Source: an uncultured Acidobacteriaceae bacterium (GTDB lineage Bacteria > Acidobacteriota > Terriglobia > Bryobacterales > Bryobacteraceae). Taken from it: a stretch of DNA of 64,000 nt. Shown piece after piece: positions 53,267 through 62,484 of this stretch. The position numbers and the translations under genes are program-made. Within the stretch, counting starts at the first letter, position 1. Each line of letters begins with the position of its first letter. Under the pieces are notes generated by a model, which ran no database searches, was not told the DNA's origin, and saw only the letters and a program-made list of their open reading frames with translations. The stretch is taken from contig CAWCHO010000001.1 in NCBI GenBank assembly GCA_963795425.1, positions 339,086-403,085 of the forward strand, in the 5' to 3' direction.

Positions 53267-55938
53267 GAACGGTACGCGCCTGGCTGTTGCGCATTGGCGG
53301 CCTGTTCCAGAACGAACGGCGCGAACGCGAGCTAGCGGATGAAATCGAGAGTAATCTGCAACTGAACATTGAGGACCACATTTGCGCTGGAATGACAGCG
53401 ACAGAAGCTCGCCGCCACGCGCTCCTCAAACTCGGCGGCATCGAATCGGCAAAAGAAAACTATCGCGACTACCGCGGCGTTCCATTCATAGAAAGTCTAT
53501 GGCGAGATGTGCGCTACGGAATCCGCACACTGCGGAAATCGCGCGGATTCACGCTTATTGCCGTGCTGACGCTTGCTCTCGGTATTGGGTCAGTAACGCT
53601 CATCTTCAGCGCGATCTACGGGGTAATCCTCAACACGTTTCCGTTCCGCGATGCGGGGCAAGTGACGAGTTTCACCATCAAGGATCTAAGCCGGCCTAAC
53701 AATCGCCGTGAGTTTTTGTCGGTCCCGGAATTCCTGTATTTTCGTGAGCACAGCCAAGCCTTTGACGATTTCAGCGGCGAATACGGCGGCTTTGGAAGCT
53801 CGCCAGTTCGCTACACAAACGGCAACGCAACCTATCAATTCGACGCCGATTTCCTGAGCGTGAATTCTTTCCGCCTTTTCGGCGTCGAACCGCTGGTCGG
53901 CCGTCTACCGGCGCCCGCTGATGTAAAGGCGCGCGCCACTCCCGTGTTTGTGATGGGATCCAAGCTATGGCGTGCTCAGTTCAACGGCGACCCAACAATC
54001 GTGGGCAAGAGTTTTACGCTGAATGGCGTTCCTACCACGCTCGTGGGGATTATGCCACCACGATTCCGCTGGGCGTGGGTCGACGTGTGGTTGCCTTTCA
54101 GCGCCGATCCGGCGGAAGCGCTTACGAACCCCGAGCTGAAGAACCAGTTTCTCTACACAGTGGGGCGGCTGAAACCTGGCGTAAGTCTGGCGGCAGCAGC
54201 TGCGGACCTGGATACGGTCGCTCATCAGTACGCGAGAATCGCGCCGGCCGATTATCCCAAGCAATTCACCGTGATTGCCACTTCCCTCGCCGATCGGGTG
54301 ACAGGAGGATTCAAGGAACTGATGTACCCATTGCTCGCGGCGGTCTTCTTGCTGCTTCTGATGGCGTGCAGCAACATTGCGAATCTTCTGCTCTCGCGAG
54401 CCACTGTGCGCGAGCGTGAGATTGCCATCCGGGCATCTCTTGGGGCAAGCCGTACACGACTGGTTCGGCAGCTTTTGATAGAGAGCTTACTGCTGGCGAC
54501 TGCCGGCTGCTTGATGGGATGTTTGCTTGCATGGGTGGGCATAAGGGCCCTGGTGCCGCTCATCCCGTACAACGCATTTCCGCAGGAAGCGGTCATTACG
54601 CTGAACATCCCGGTACTCGCAGCGGCGCTGATCATTGCAATATTCTCGACAATCCTGTGCGGGATGGTTCCCGCACTGCAGTCCGTGCACGCTGACATTC
54701 GACCCCGCCTCGCAGGGGAGGCGAGAGGCTCCGGCTATCAATTTCGACAGGGAAAGTTGCGCTCTGCTCTGGTCATCGCAGAGGTCTCAGTGGCCATCGT
54801 GCTTCTGATCGGCGCCGGTTTGATGATGCGCACTTTTTGGAATATCAAGAAGGTCGATTTGGGATTTGATCCGCATTATGTTCTCGCTGCCAGATTGTCG
54901 TTTCCACAAACCGGGGGCGAGCAGCAAACGCAGCGAGAAAACATTCTCTCTCGTCAAGTGTTAGAACGAGTCGAATCGTTACCTGCTGTCGCTGCGGCGG
55001 CTCTTGTGTCGAGCCCGCCTCCATTTGATCGATTGAGCAGCGGAATTATAATCCCGGGGAAAACTCACGCTGAGCGATGGAACGCGCTTATCGGCCTCTG
55101 CAGCGAACAGTACTTTGACTTACTGCGCTTGCACCTGCTCTACGGACGAGTGTTCTCGCGAGGCGATATCGATTTAGCCCTGCCAGTCACCGTCATCAGT
55201 GGAGCATTCGCTCGCAAGTATTTTGGAACCGTTAGCCCGATTGGACAGAAAGTCCAATTTGCAATCCTCGATGAGGTTCCGAAGTTCAAGGGTAGGCTGT
55301 TCGCAATTATTGGCGTGGTTGCCGACATTAAGAATGGCAACCCAAGGAATCCGCCAGTCCCGGAAGCTTACATTCCTTACACCGTGGCCGGAGCGAACGA
55401 GACTGTGCTCCTAGTCAGGTCTCTCATAGCGCCCGGCTCTTTGATCCCGACGATTCGCCGGCAGGTCTGGCAGGTTGACCGCGATCTCGCGGTCGTTAAT
55501 CCCGCCACAATTGAGGCCATGTTGCAGCGCGACATGTTCTCCTCGCCGCAGTTCGAATTCGTCATTTTGACCACCTTCGCGGCCATCGCGTTGGCTCTAC
55601 TCATGGCGGGAATTTTCAGCCTGATGGCGTACACCGTTTGGCTGCAGACGCACGAAATTGGAATTCGTATGGCGCTTGGCGCCCGACCGGGAGAGATTCT
55701 GGCAATGGTAGTTGTGAGCGGCGCTCGGCTGGCAGCCGTTGGTATCGTGACCGGAGTCGGCATTTCGATGGCGAGTACGAGATTTCTCCAGCATTTCCTG
55801 TTCGGAATTCAGCCAAAAGACTCTATGACCTTTCTCAGCGTTTCTGCATTCGTCATTCTATTGACTTTGCTGGCGTGCTGGATTCCTGCACGAAGAGCAA
55901 TGCGCGTCGATCCGCTAGTGGCGCTTAGGCACGAATAG
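53263..55938 (+). CDS. Duplicated FtsX/MacB-type permease without an adjacent ATPase (acidobacterial duplicated orphan permease, ADOP-type)
   Basis: ATGA overlap with the padR stop. It begins 'MRTVRAWLLRIGGLFQNERRERELADEIESNL', and has two MacB-like periplasmic domains each followed by an FtsX 3-4-TM module. No ABC ATPase gene lies nearby. Confidence 0.9.
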   Translation: MRTVRAWLLRIGGLFQNERRERELADEIESNLQLNIEDHICAGMTATEARRHALLKLGGIESAKENYRDYRGVPFIESLWRDVRYGIRTLRKSRGFTLIAVLTLALGIGSVTLIFSAIYGVILNTFPFRDAGQVTSFTIKDLSRPNNRREFLSVPEFLYFREHSQAFDDFSGEYGGFGSSPVRYTNGNATYQFDADFLSVNSFRLFGVEPLVGRLPAPADVKARATPVFVMGSKLWRAQFNGDPTIVGKSFTLNGVPTTLVGIMPPRFRWAWVDVWLPFSADPAEALTNPELKNQFLYTVGRLKPGVSLAAAAADLDTVAHQYARIAPADYPKQFTVIATSLADRVTGGFKELMYPLLAAVFLLLLMACSNIANLLLSRATVREREIAIRASLGASRTRLVRQLLIESLLLATAGCLMGCLLAWVGIRALVPLIPYNAFPQEAVITLNIPVLAAALIIAIFSTILCGMVPALQSVHADIRPRLAGEARGSGYQFRQGKLRSALVIAEVSVAIVLLIGAGLMMRTFWNIKKVDLGFDPHYVLAARLSFPQTGGEQQTQRENILSRQVLERVESLPAVAAAALVSSPPPFDRLSSGIIIPGKTHAERWNALIGLCSEQYFDLLRLHLLYGRVFSRGDIDLALPVTVISGAFARKYFGTVSPIGQKVQFAILDEVPKFKGRLFAIIGVVADIKNGNPRNPPVPEAYIPYTVAGANETVLLVRSLIAPGSLIPTIRRQVWQVDRDLAVVNPATIEAMLQRDMFSSPQFEFVILTTFAAIALALLMAGIFSLMAYTVWLQTHEIGIRMALGARPGEILAMVVVSGARLAAVGIVTGVGISMASTRFLQHFLFGIQPKDSMTFLSVSAFVILLTLLACWIPARRAMRVDPLVALRHE

Positions 55939-56008
55939 TATCTCCGCTTTCTTTCTCTACCTTCCATTCTGTCGAGCTAAGCAACTGGACAAGCGTTCTC
56001 GCGTGAAG

Positions 56009-58051
56009 CTACGTCACTTCCCAATACACGGAATAGCGCTTCTCAAAAAGGCTGTTCAACGGCATTAATGAGACATCTGTCTGTGGCCCGCTCGTTCGGA
56101 AGGCAAGTGGCTTGTCTGCTGGTTTGATCCAGGCCGCAGGATCTTCGCTCGTTGCACGGAACGTTGGAACATCAATGGGCAGGCGGTCCAGCTCAGGCGC
56201 ATTTGGACCTGTGACGAGTTCCGGCGTGAGGCCGCCGTTACCCAAATCGCCCGCCAGCACCAGCGGTCCGTAAAGGATCGCCTGCATGTGCTGGTCGTCG
56301 GGCATGCGCTCGATGTGCAAATGCATCGGTAAGCTCATGTCGACTTCATCTCCTGTTTTCCAGACGCGTGTGACGGTCAGATAGCCGCCAGGCTCGGCGG
56401 AAGTGTCCAACAACTTGCCGTTTAATTTCACTGTGGGGCTGGAAGCGAGCCAGCTTGGCACGCGCAACCGCAGCGAAAGGCGAGTAGGTGCGTCCACCGC
56501 AACGCGCAATCGGGTGCTCGGCTGCTCGGGGAAACCGGTGTCCTGCCGTAAACGGAAACCCTTTTCAGCCCAGTTCAATTCCGACGGTATAAACAGGTTC
56601 ACGAAGATTCCGCGGTCATCGTGCCAGTAGATACTGTCGTTCAACTTCGAATACTCTTCAACCCCTGTGCCCGTGCAGCACCAGAACGAATCATCTTCAG
56701 TGTTGAAGGTTTTCCAGGCGCCCGGCGTAAGCGATAAATAGTACTGCGTATGCCCGATTTCCGGATGAATGGTACCGATCCGGTGGTTCAACTGAATGCG
56801 TTCGTAATAATCAAACAGCCGCGGATGGGCGGTCCAACTGTAAAGATGCCGCGACAGCTTCAGCATGTTGTAGGCGCAGCAGCACTCGGCAGTGGCGATG
56901 CCCTGCTTCAATTCCGCAGCTAGCAGGCGAGGCTGCGCCAACCAGCCTTCATCGTTGCTGGTTCCGCCAGTCACATACGTGCGGCCCGTCGAGACCGTGT
57001 AAAAGAAGAAGCTGGCGACATCGTGGAAGCGCATATCGCCGGAGATTTCATACCTGCGGGCGGCGCCGATGATCTGCGGAATATGCGTGTTGACGTGCAG
57101 GCCGCGCAGCTCGTCGCGTTGCATGGCGAGTGGGTTGAAAACGCGCTTCTTTGTGAACCGGTCTCCAGTTTTGGCCCAGCGATCGTCATTGGTGATTGCC
57201 GCCAGATTGTATAGCGATTCTGCCATGCCGCCGAACTCGGTTTCGAGTATCTGCTGCATGTGCTCTTCCGGTTTCGACGCGGTCCAATTGTCGGTCCATT
57301 CCGCCATACCCTGGACGACGTCCAACGCCTGCTTATTGCCGGCGAGCTGGTATTGATCGATCATGCCGGCCATGATTTTATGAATGGTGTAAAAGGGCGC
57401 CCACACCGGCTTGCGTGCATCCAGGCGGTCAAACCACGTGGTTGGGAAGGCGCTTAAATAACCTCCGTTTAGCCTCTGCTGGCATTTCGCAAGCGCATCC
57501 ACCATCTCCGCACCTTTCGCTTTGATCTGCTGGTCTCCCGTGGAGGCGTACAGCAGCGCAGCCGCGGAAAGATAATGGCCGGTGAAGTGGCCGCGCAGCT
57601 CGCCTGCGCGCCCGGGCACGTCTAGTTCCCAACCGCCGAGCGGTTTCGCCGAAGAGGGAAGTCCAGCGTTCAATTGGAAATTGCGCACGAGGCGGTCCGC
57701 GCCGAGGCGCTGCATGTAACCGCGATTCCACTCCTCAGCTTGCTTATACGCGCCGCCCAACACGCGAACCTGTGTCATGGGAAACGGCTGCACCTTTTGA
57801 GGAACGTCCGCACGCGTGAACGTGATGGCCTCCTCGAAAGGCGGCATCTCCGGAAGCGTGCCGTGCCGTGGAAGACTTGTGTTCGGATTAGACGCTTTAC
57901 GGGTCGGCTTGTTTTGCGGAGGGGGCGGCGGGAGCTGTCCTGCCGGTTCATGCTCAGTCTGCTGTGCGAGGAGAGAAGGCACCAGTGCACCGGCGCCAGT
58001 CAACAATGCGGCGAAACCGCGCCGACCTATATCTTCCGAAAGTTTGCTCAT
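56009..58051 (-). CDS. GH127 (DUF1680) beta-L-arabinofuranosidase-family protein, TAT-exported
   Basis: '[14 protein letters not shown]' leader, '[11 protein letters not shown]', '[13 protein letters not shown]', '[12 protein letters not shown]' and 'FWCCTGTG' cysteine clusters as in HypBA1-type enzymes. Confidence 0.9.
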   Translation of the reverse strand: MSKLSEDIGRRGFAALLTGAGALVPSLLAQQTEHEPAGQLPPPPPQNKPTRKASNPNTSLPRHGTLPEMPPFEEAITFTRADVPQKVQPFPMTQVRVLGGAYKQAEEWNRGYMQRLGADRLVRNFQLNAGLPSSAKPLGGWELDVPGRAGELRGHFTGHYLSAAALLYASTGDQQIKAKGAEMVDALAKCQQRLNGGYLSAFPTTWFDRLDARKPVWAPFYTIHKIMAGMIDQYQLAGNKQALDVVQGMAEWTDNWTASKPEEHMQQILETEFGGMAESLYNLAAITNDDRWAKTGDRFTKKRVFNPLAMQRDELRGLHVNTHIPQIIGAARRYEISGDMRFHDVASFFFYTVSTGRTYVTGGTSNDEGWLAQPRLLAAELKQGIATAECCCAYNMLKLSRHLYSWTAHPRLFDYYERIQLNHRIGTIHPEIGHTQYYLSLTPGAWKTFNTEDDSFWCCTGTGVEEYSKLNDSIYWHDDRGIFVNLFIPSELNWAEKGFRLRQDTGFPEQPSTRLRVAVDAPTRLSLRLRVPSWLASSPTVKLNGKLLDTSAEPGGYLTVTRVWKTGDEVDMSLPMHLHIERMPDDQHMQAILYGPLVLAGDLGNGGLTPELVTGPNAPELDRLPIDVPTFRATSEDPAAWIKPADKPLAFRTSGPQTDVSLMPLNSLFEKRYSVYWEVT

Positions 58052-58146
58052 GTGGTTCCTCGAGGGCCTTACTTATTGGACGAATCTGCGACTATTTTAT
58101 TCCGCCGGTTGCTCACAGTGTATACAATATCGTGTACATACAAACC

Positions 58147-60705
58147 ATGATCCTTCGCGCATTCGTTATCTGTAGCGTCCTGACTGTTCCGGGCCTTTGG
58201 GCACAAGGAACGCTGGCCGATTATGAACGAGCAGAAGGGCTGCGTGCGAAAGCCCGGGGCCTGGTGGTGAATTCGCCCGGTGGAATCACCTGGATCGACG
58301 ATTCCGATCATTTCTGGTATCCGCGCTCGGTAAAAGGCGGGACAGAGTTCGTGATTGTGGATGCCGGCGCAGAAACAAAGAAGTTGGCATTCGATCACGA
58401 GAGAATGGCCGCCGCGATCTCTGCCGTTACCGGGCATAAATATGCCGCGCTGGCGTTGCCGTTTGCTCCTCATGAACCCAGCCGAACAGGTCGGCGCCCT
58501 CCCCCGTTCACGACAGCGCCGCTGAAGTTTGTGGACCAGGAGAAAGCAATTCAGTTCGGCGTTGACGGCTGGCTTTACAAGTGCTCGCGGAGCGAATACA
58601 GCTGTTCGAAACAGGGACCGATCCCTCACACACGGCCCCAAGGGGAGGAGTCCAGTCCGATAGACGTTTCGCAGATCAATCCGCACGAATCGGGCGGCGA
58701 TCCCGTTGATGGGCTGGAGTATCAGTTACCAGCGCCGCAGGACGGTGACGAGGGCGAGTGGGGCGGAGCGCCGCACGGCTGCGCGCCAAAGCATCACGAT
58801 GAGCAGCAGAATCGCGAGGCGCAGCCTGAGCGCATGGACGTTGGTTCGCAGTTTGCGGGTCAGCTTCCCTCCAAACGGCCTGAAATTTGTGCTTCGTTCG
58901 ACGGTAAATGGGAAGCCTTCATTCAGAATTTCAACGTTTTCTTAAAACCAGCGGGCGACCAGCCGGGCTTTCCATTGAGTTTCGACGGGTCGGAGGGGAA
59001 TTACTACACGCTGCGCACAATTGCGTGGTCGCCAGATTCAAGAAAGCTCGTGGCGTATCACACGCGGCCCGGATACGATCGCGAAGTTATGTACATCGAA
59101 TCCTCGCCACGTGACCAGATTCAGCCCAAACACATGACCGTCCACTATCTGAAGCCGGGCGACACGCTCGATGTCGCGCACCCGGTGTTGTTCGACGTGG
59201 CAAGCAAGAAGGCGATCGAAATTGATAACGCGCTGTTTCCGAACCCTTACTCGCTCAGTCCGCCGATGTGGTGGAAGGATAGCCGGGCGTTCACCTTTGA
59301 ATACAACCAGCGCGGTCATCAGGCGTATACCGTGATCGAGGTCGATGCGCAGAGTGGCAAAGCGCGTCCTCTTATTGCGGAGAGATCGAATACATTTATC
59401 TACTACAACCGGCTCGGGCCCGGCCTTTCCGCCGGGAGGCGCTATCGCCACGATGTCAACGACGGGAAAGAAATCATCTGGGCCTCTGAGCGCGACGGCT
59501 GGGAGCATTTGTATCTGTATGACGGCGTTACGGGCGAGGTCAAAAACCAGATTACGAAGGGCAATTGGCTGGTGCGGAATGTAGATTGGGTGGACGACAA
59601 GAAGCGTCAGATCTGGTTCGATGCCGGCGGCACAGTGCCTGGCGAGGATCCCTACTTTACGCAGTTTTATCGCGTCAATTTCGATGGAAGCGGACTTACC
59701 AGATTGACCGAAGCTGATGCTACGCATAGCATCAACTTTTCGCGTGATCACAAATACTTTGTCGATACCTGGCAACGTGTCGATCTTCCGCCGACCGCTC
59801 AGTTGCATCGGACTGAGGATCTGAAGATGATTATGGAGCTCGATCGAGGGGACGCATCGGCTTGGTTGGCGGCCGGGTTTCGATATCCGGAAGTCTTCGT
59901 TGCCAAGGGCCGCGACGGTAAGACCGATATCTGGGGCATTATTATTCGACCCACAAATTTCGATGCGTCGAAGAAGTATCCGGTCCTCGAAAATATTTAC
60001 GCCGGGCCGCAGGGATCGTTTGTCCCCAAAGGCTTCATCCCGTTCTCGCCGGACCAGTCGCTTGCTGACCTGGGCTTTATCGTTGTTCACATCGACGGCA
60101 TGGGCACAAGCAACCGTTCGAAAGCTTTTCACGATGTCTGTTACAAAAACCTTGGTGATGCGGGATTCCCGGATCGCATCCTCTGGCACAAAGCGGCCGC
60201 GGCAAAATATCCGTGGTACGACATCTCGCGCGTGGGCATCTTTGGAACTTCCGCAGGCGGGCAAAGCTCGTTAGGCGGAGTGTTGTTTCATCCCGAGTTT
60301 TATAAGGTTGTAGTCACCAATAGCGGCTGCCACGATAATCGCATGGATAAACTGTGGTGGAACGAGCAATGGATGAGTTGGCCGGTTGGCCCGCAATACG
60401 CGGCATCGTCGAATGTAGATAACGCTTACCGATTACAGGGCAAGGCGCTTATCATTGCCGGCGAGTTGGATACGAATGTGGACCCCGCATCTTCCCTGCA
60501 GGTTGTGAACGCACTGGTAAAAGCGCACAAGCATTTCGAGATGCTCTACATTCCCGGCGAGAACCATGGCGTCCCCATTTTGAATCCCGAGCACTACCGC
60601 GATGATTTCTTTGTTCGCAATCTGCTGCGTCTCGAACCGCCGGATTGGAATAAGGTCTCCATTCCGGAGCCGCACGAGACGGTTTCTCCTGAGGATGGAC
60701 ACTGA
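58147..60705 (+). CDS. S9-family dipeptidyl-peptidase-IV-like serine peptidase, exported
   Basis: I set the start to [20 protein letters not shown] (signal peptide). The propeller half has '[11 protein letters not shown]', then 'GIFGTSAGG' nucleophile, 'GELDTNVD' and 'ENHG' catalytic Asp/His. The ORF-track start at 57964 would overlap the divergent GH127 gene. Confidence 0.85.
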   Translation: MILRAFVICSVLTVPGLWAQGTLADYERAEGLRAKARGLVVNSPGGITWIDDSDHFWYPRSVKGGTEFVIVDAGAETKKLAFDHERMAAAISAVTGHKYAALALPFAPHEPSRTGRRPPPFTTAPLKFVDQEKAIQFGVDGWLYKCSRSEYSCSKQGPIPHTRPQGEESSPIDVSQINPHESGGDPVDGLEYQLPAPQDGDEGEWGGAPHGCAPKHHDEQQNREAQPERMDVGSQFAGQLPSKRPEICASFDGKWEAFIQNFNVFLKPAGDQPGFPLSFDGSEGNYYTLRTIAWSPDSRKLVAYHTRPGYDREVMYIESSPRDQIQPKHMTVHYLKPGDTLDVAHPVLFDVASKKAIEIDNALFPNPYSLSPPMWWKDSRAFTFEYNQRGHQAYTVIEVDAQSGKARPLIAERSNTFIYYNRLGPGLSAGRRYRHDVNDGKEIIWASERDGWEHLYLYDGVTGEVKNQITKGNWLVRNVDWVDDKKRQIWFDAGGTVPGEDPYFTQFYRVNFDGSGLTRLTEADATHSINFSRDHKYFVDTWQRVDLPPTAQLHRTEDLKMIMELDRGDASAWLAAGFRYPEVFVAKGRDGKTDIWGIIIRPTNFDASKKYPVLENIYAGPQGSFVPKGFIPFSPDQSLADLGFIVVHIDGMGTSNRSKAFHDVCYKNLGDAGFPDRILWHKAAAAKYPWYDISRVGIFGTSAGGQSSLGGVLFHPEFYKVVVTNSGCHDNRMDKLWWNEQWMSWPVGPQYAASSNVDNAYRLQGKALIIAGELDTNVDPASSLQVVNALVKAHKHFEMLYIPGENHGVPILNPEHYRDDFFVRNLLRLEPPDWNKVSIPEPHETVSPEDGH

Positions 60706-60726
60706 GCCGGCTTTAGAGCGCGGCCT

Positions 60727-62472
60727 TTAAGTAATTCCAGCTCGCTGCTTCGCCTCAGCGATCACTTGCGCCATTTCATTGCGATATTTGTCAAAGGTGT
60801 CATCCACAACCGTGATGGTTGGAATCGTGGGCGGGGGCGGCAGCGCCGGATGGAACTTGCCGAATCCTGCTTCGTGCACTCCGGTACTTCCGCGCCCAGG
60901 CGCCGGATGGCTGAGGTGCTGAAACGACCGGCAGTATTTCAGAAAAGCCGGTTTATAGAGAGATGGGCCGGGAACCTGAAAAACGGGAATGCAGCACATG
61001 AGCGCGTCGTACGGCATTTCTCCCACCGCAAGAACATTCGGATGCTTTTCGCGCAAATCGCGCACCAGCCGCACTGTTCCTTCGTGCATATCGGCCTTTG
61101 TGTTATTCATCCATCCGCCCACGATATCGAGAAAATAGGCATCCACGTGAAACTGCGTGATCATGCTGTCGATCCGCTCGAATAGCCATTGCCGCCAGGA
61201 GTCGACGCCCAGATTCATGTACGAAGACCAGCCCTCCATCGCGCGATCGTTGTCCCAGTCGACCCAATTTAAATCGAACGGGTCGCCGTCAACATGCTGC
61301 GTAGTGGCATCGGCGAATTTGGAGAAGACCGGCAGCCTGCGGTTCGCAGCATTGGTCCCGAACATGGGTAAAAAGCGGAAGCCAAGCCGGTGTCCACTTT
61401 CGATCAAGCCTCGAAACCCGTCATCACCGCCAAGGCGTGGCTCTACTTTGTAAATGGGATAGTTCCAGTAATAACGGCCGTCCCAGGCGGGAAGGAAGAC
61501 TAAGACGCGATTTGCCGGAATTTGCGTCGCGACCCACGCCAGTGTCTGTTTCATCTTGGCGAAATCGTTGAATATGTATCCGGTCCAATGCATGCCGTGC
61601 ACTGCGACCACTAACGCCAGATCGCGGCACCATTCCGGGACATCTGCGCGCGTGCCCCAGTCGCCGATGTTATACGTCTTCTCCAGATGCTCAAAATGCG
61701 GCCGCATGGCCGCATCGATACTCGCCGCGTGTCCCGCTCTCCAGATCGGCGTCTCGATCCGATTACTGTGCTGCCAGCCTTCGCGCTCATAGACCAGCTC
61801 GACGCGATAGCCCTTCTCGCCCGGTTGGAAATAAAAGCGGCTGGCGCGAACGTGGTCGTGCAATAGCGACAGGAAGATGTAATCCTTTTCGCCTTTCTCG
61901 ACGACGGCGAGAGGGGTGGTCATGCTACCGAACAGATACGGCGAGCCGTGCAGGACCTCGTTGTCCTTGGGATCGAAAAAGTCGTGAGCGGCGATTGAGA
62001 TGCGACCGCGGGGAACACCGCGAACGATGCTCGCGATGGATTTAACGGGCCGGTCCACCTGGGCGGAAACGGCCCACTCAATCCAATCGCCATTTTTGTG
62101 GACTACAGCGCGCAACGAACCCGAGGCGCTTTGATCGCCGCCCCAGAGGAACTGCGTGCAGCCGATTTCTATGCCGTCGCTCGTGTCGCGAACCGTCATG
62201 CGACTCGGATCGAGGGCGTAGGTGTTCTCGAAAGTGTAAACACGGAACGAGAACAGGAGATTTTGGAACGCGACAGACGGCTCGGGAAAATCGAAGCTGA
62301 ACTTGAAGAAGCTTTCGCCGCGCGGCGGAATGTAAACGTCCGTCGAGGACGTGAGCGGCAGGATGCGGTCGGAAGTTGCGCCGAAGCTCTGGGCCGATCC
62401 CGAAATAAGCAGGGCTGTGTTCGCGGCCAGCCCGGTCTTTAGTAGATCCCTCCGAGAGATTTCATCCATCAT
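60727..62472 (-). CDS. TAT-exported hypothetical protein, possibly a TIM-barrel glycanase of an unassigned family
   Basis: 'SRRDLLKTGLAANTALLISGSA' TAT leader. It has an N-terminal beta-rich part, then alternating beta/alpha-like segments ('VVAVHGMHW', 'VLVFLPAWDGRYYW', 'FRFLPMFG', 'VDAYFLDIVGGW', 'VLAVGEMP'). I recognised no family. Confidence 0.7.
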   Translation of the reverse strand: MMDEISRRDLLKTGLAANTALLISGSAQSFGATSDRILPLTSSTDVYIPPRGESFFKFSFDFPEPSVAFQNLLFSFRVYTFENTYALDPSRMTVRDTSDGIEIGCTQFLWGGDQSASGSLRAVVHKNGDWIEWAVSAQVDRPVKSIASIVRGVPRGRISIAAHDFFDPKDNEVLHGSPYLFGSMTTPLAVVEKGEKDYIFLSLLHDHVRASRFYFQPGEKGYRVELVYEREGWQHSNRIETPIWRAGHAASIDAAMRPHFEHLEKTYNIGDWGTRADVPEWCRDLALVVAVHGMHWTGYIFNDFAKMKQTLAWVATQIPANRVLVFLPAWDGRYYWNYPIYKVEPRLGGDDGFRGLIESGHRLGFRFLPMFGTNAANRRLPVFSKFADATTQHVDGDPFDLNWVDWDNDRAMEGWSSYMNLGVDSWRQWLFERIDSMITQFHVDAYFLDIVGGWMNNTKADMHEGTVRLVRDLREKHPNVLAVGEMPYDALMCCIPVFQVPGPSLYKPAFLKYCRSFQHLSHPAPGRGSTGVHEAGFGKFHPALPPPPTIPTITVVDDTFDKYRNEMAQVIAEAKQRAGIT

Positions 62473-62484
62473 TCATAAGCACTA

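Noticed and set aside
57964-58146. Upstream extension of the DPP-IV-like gene
   Set aside because: It would overlap the divergent GH127 start region and precede the obvious signal peptide that starts at ATG 58147.
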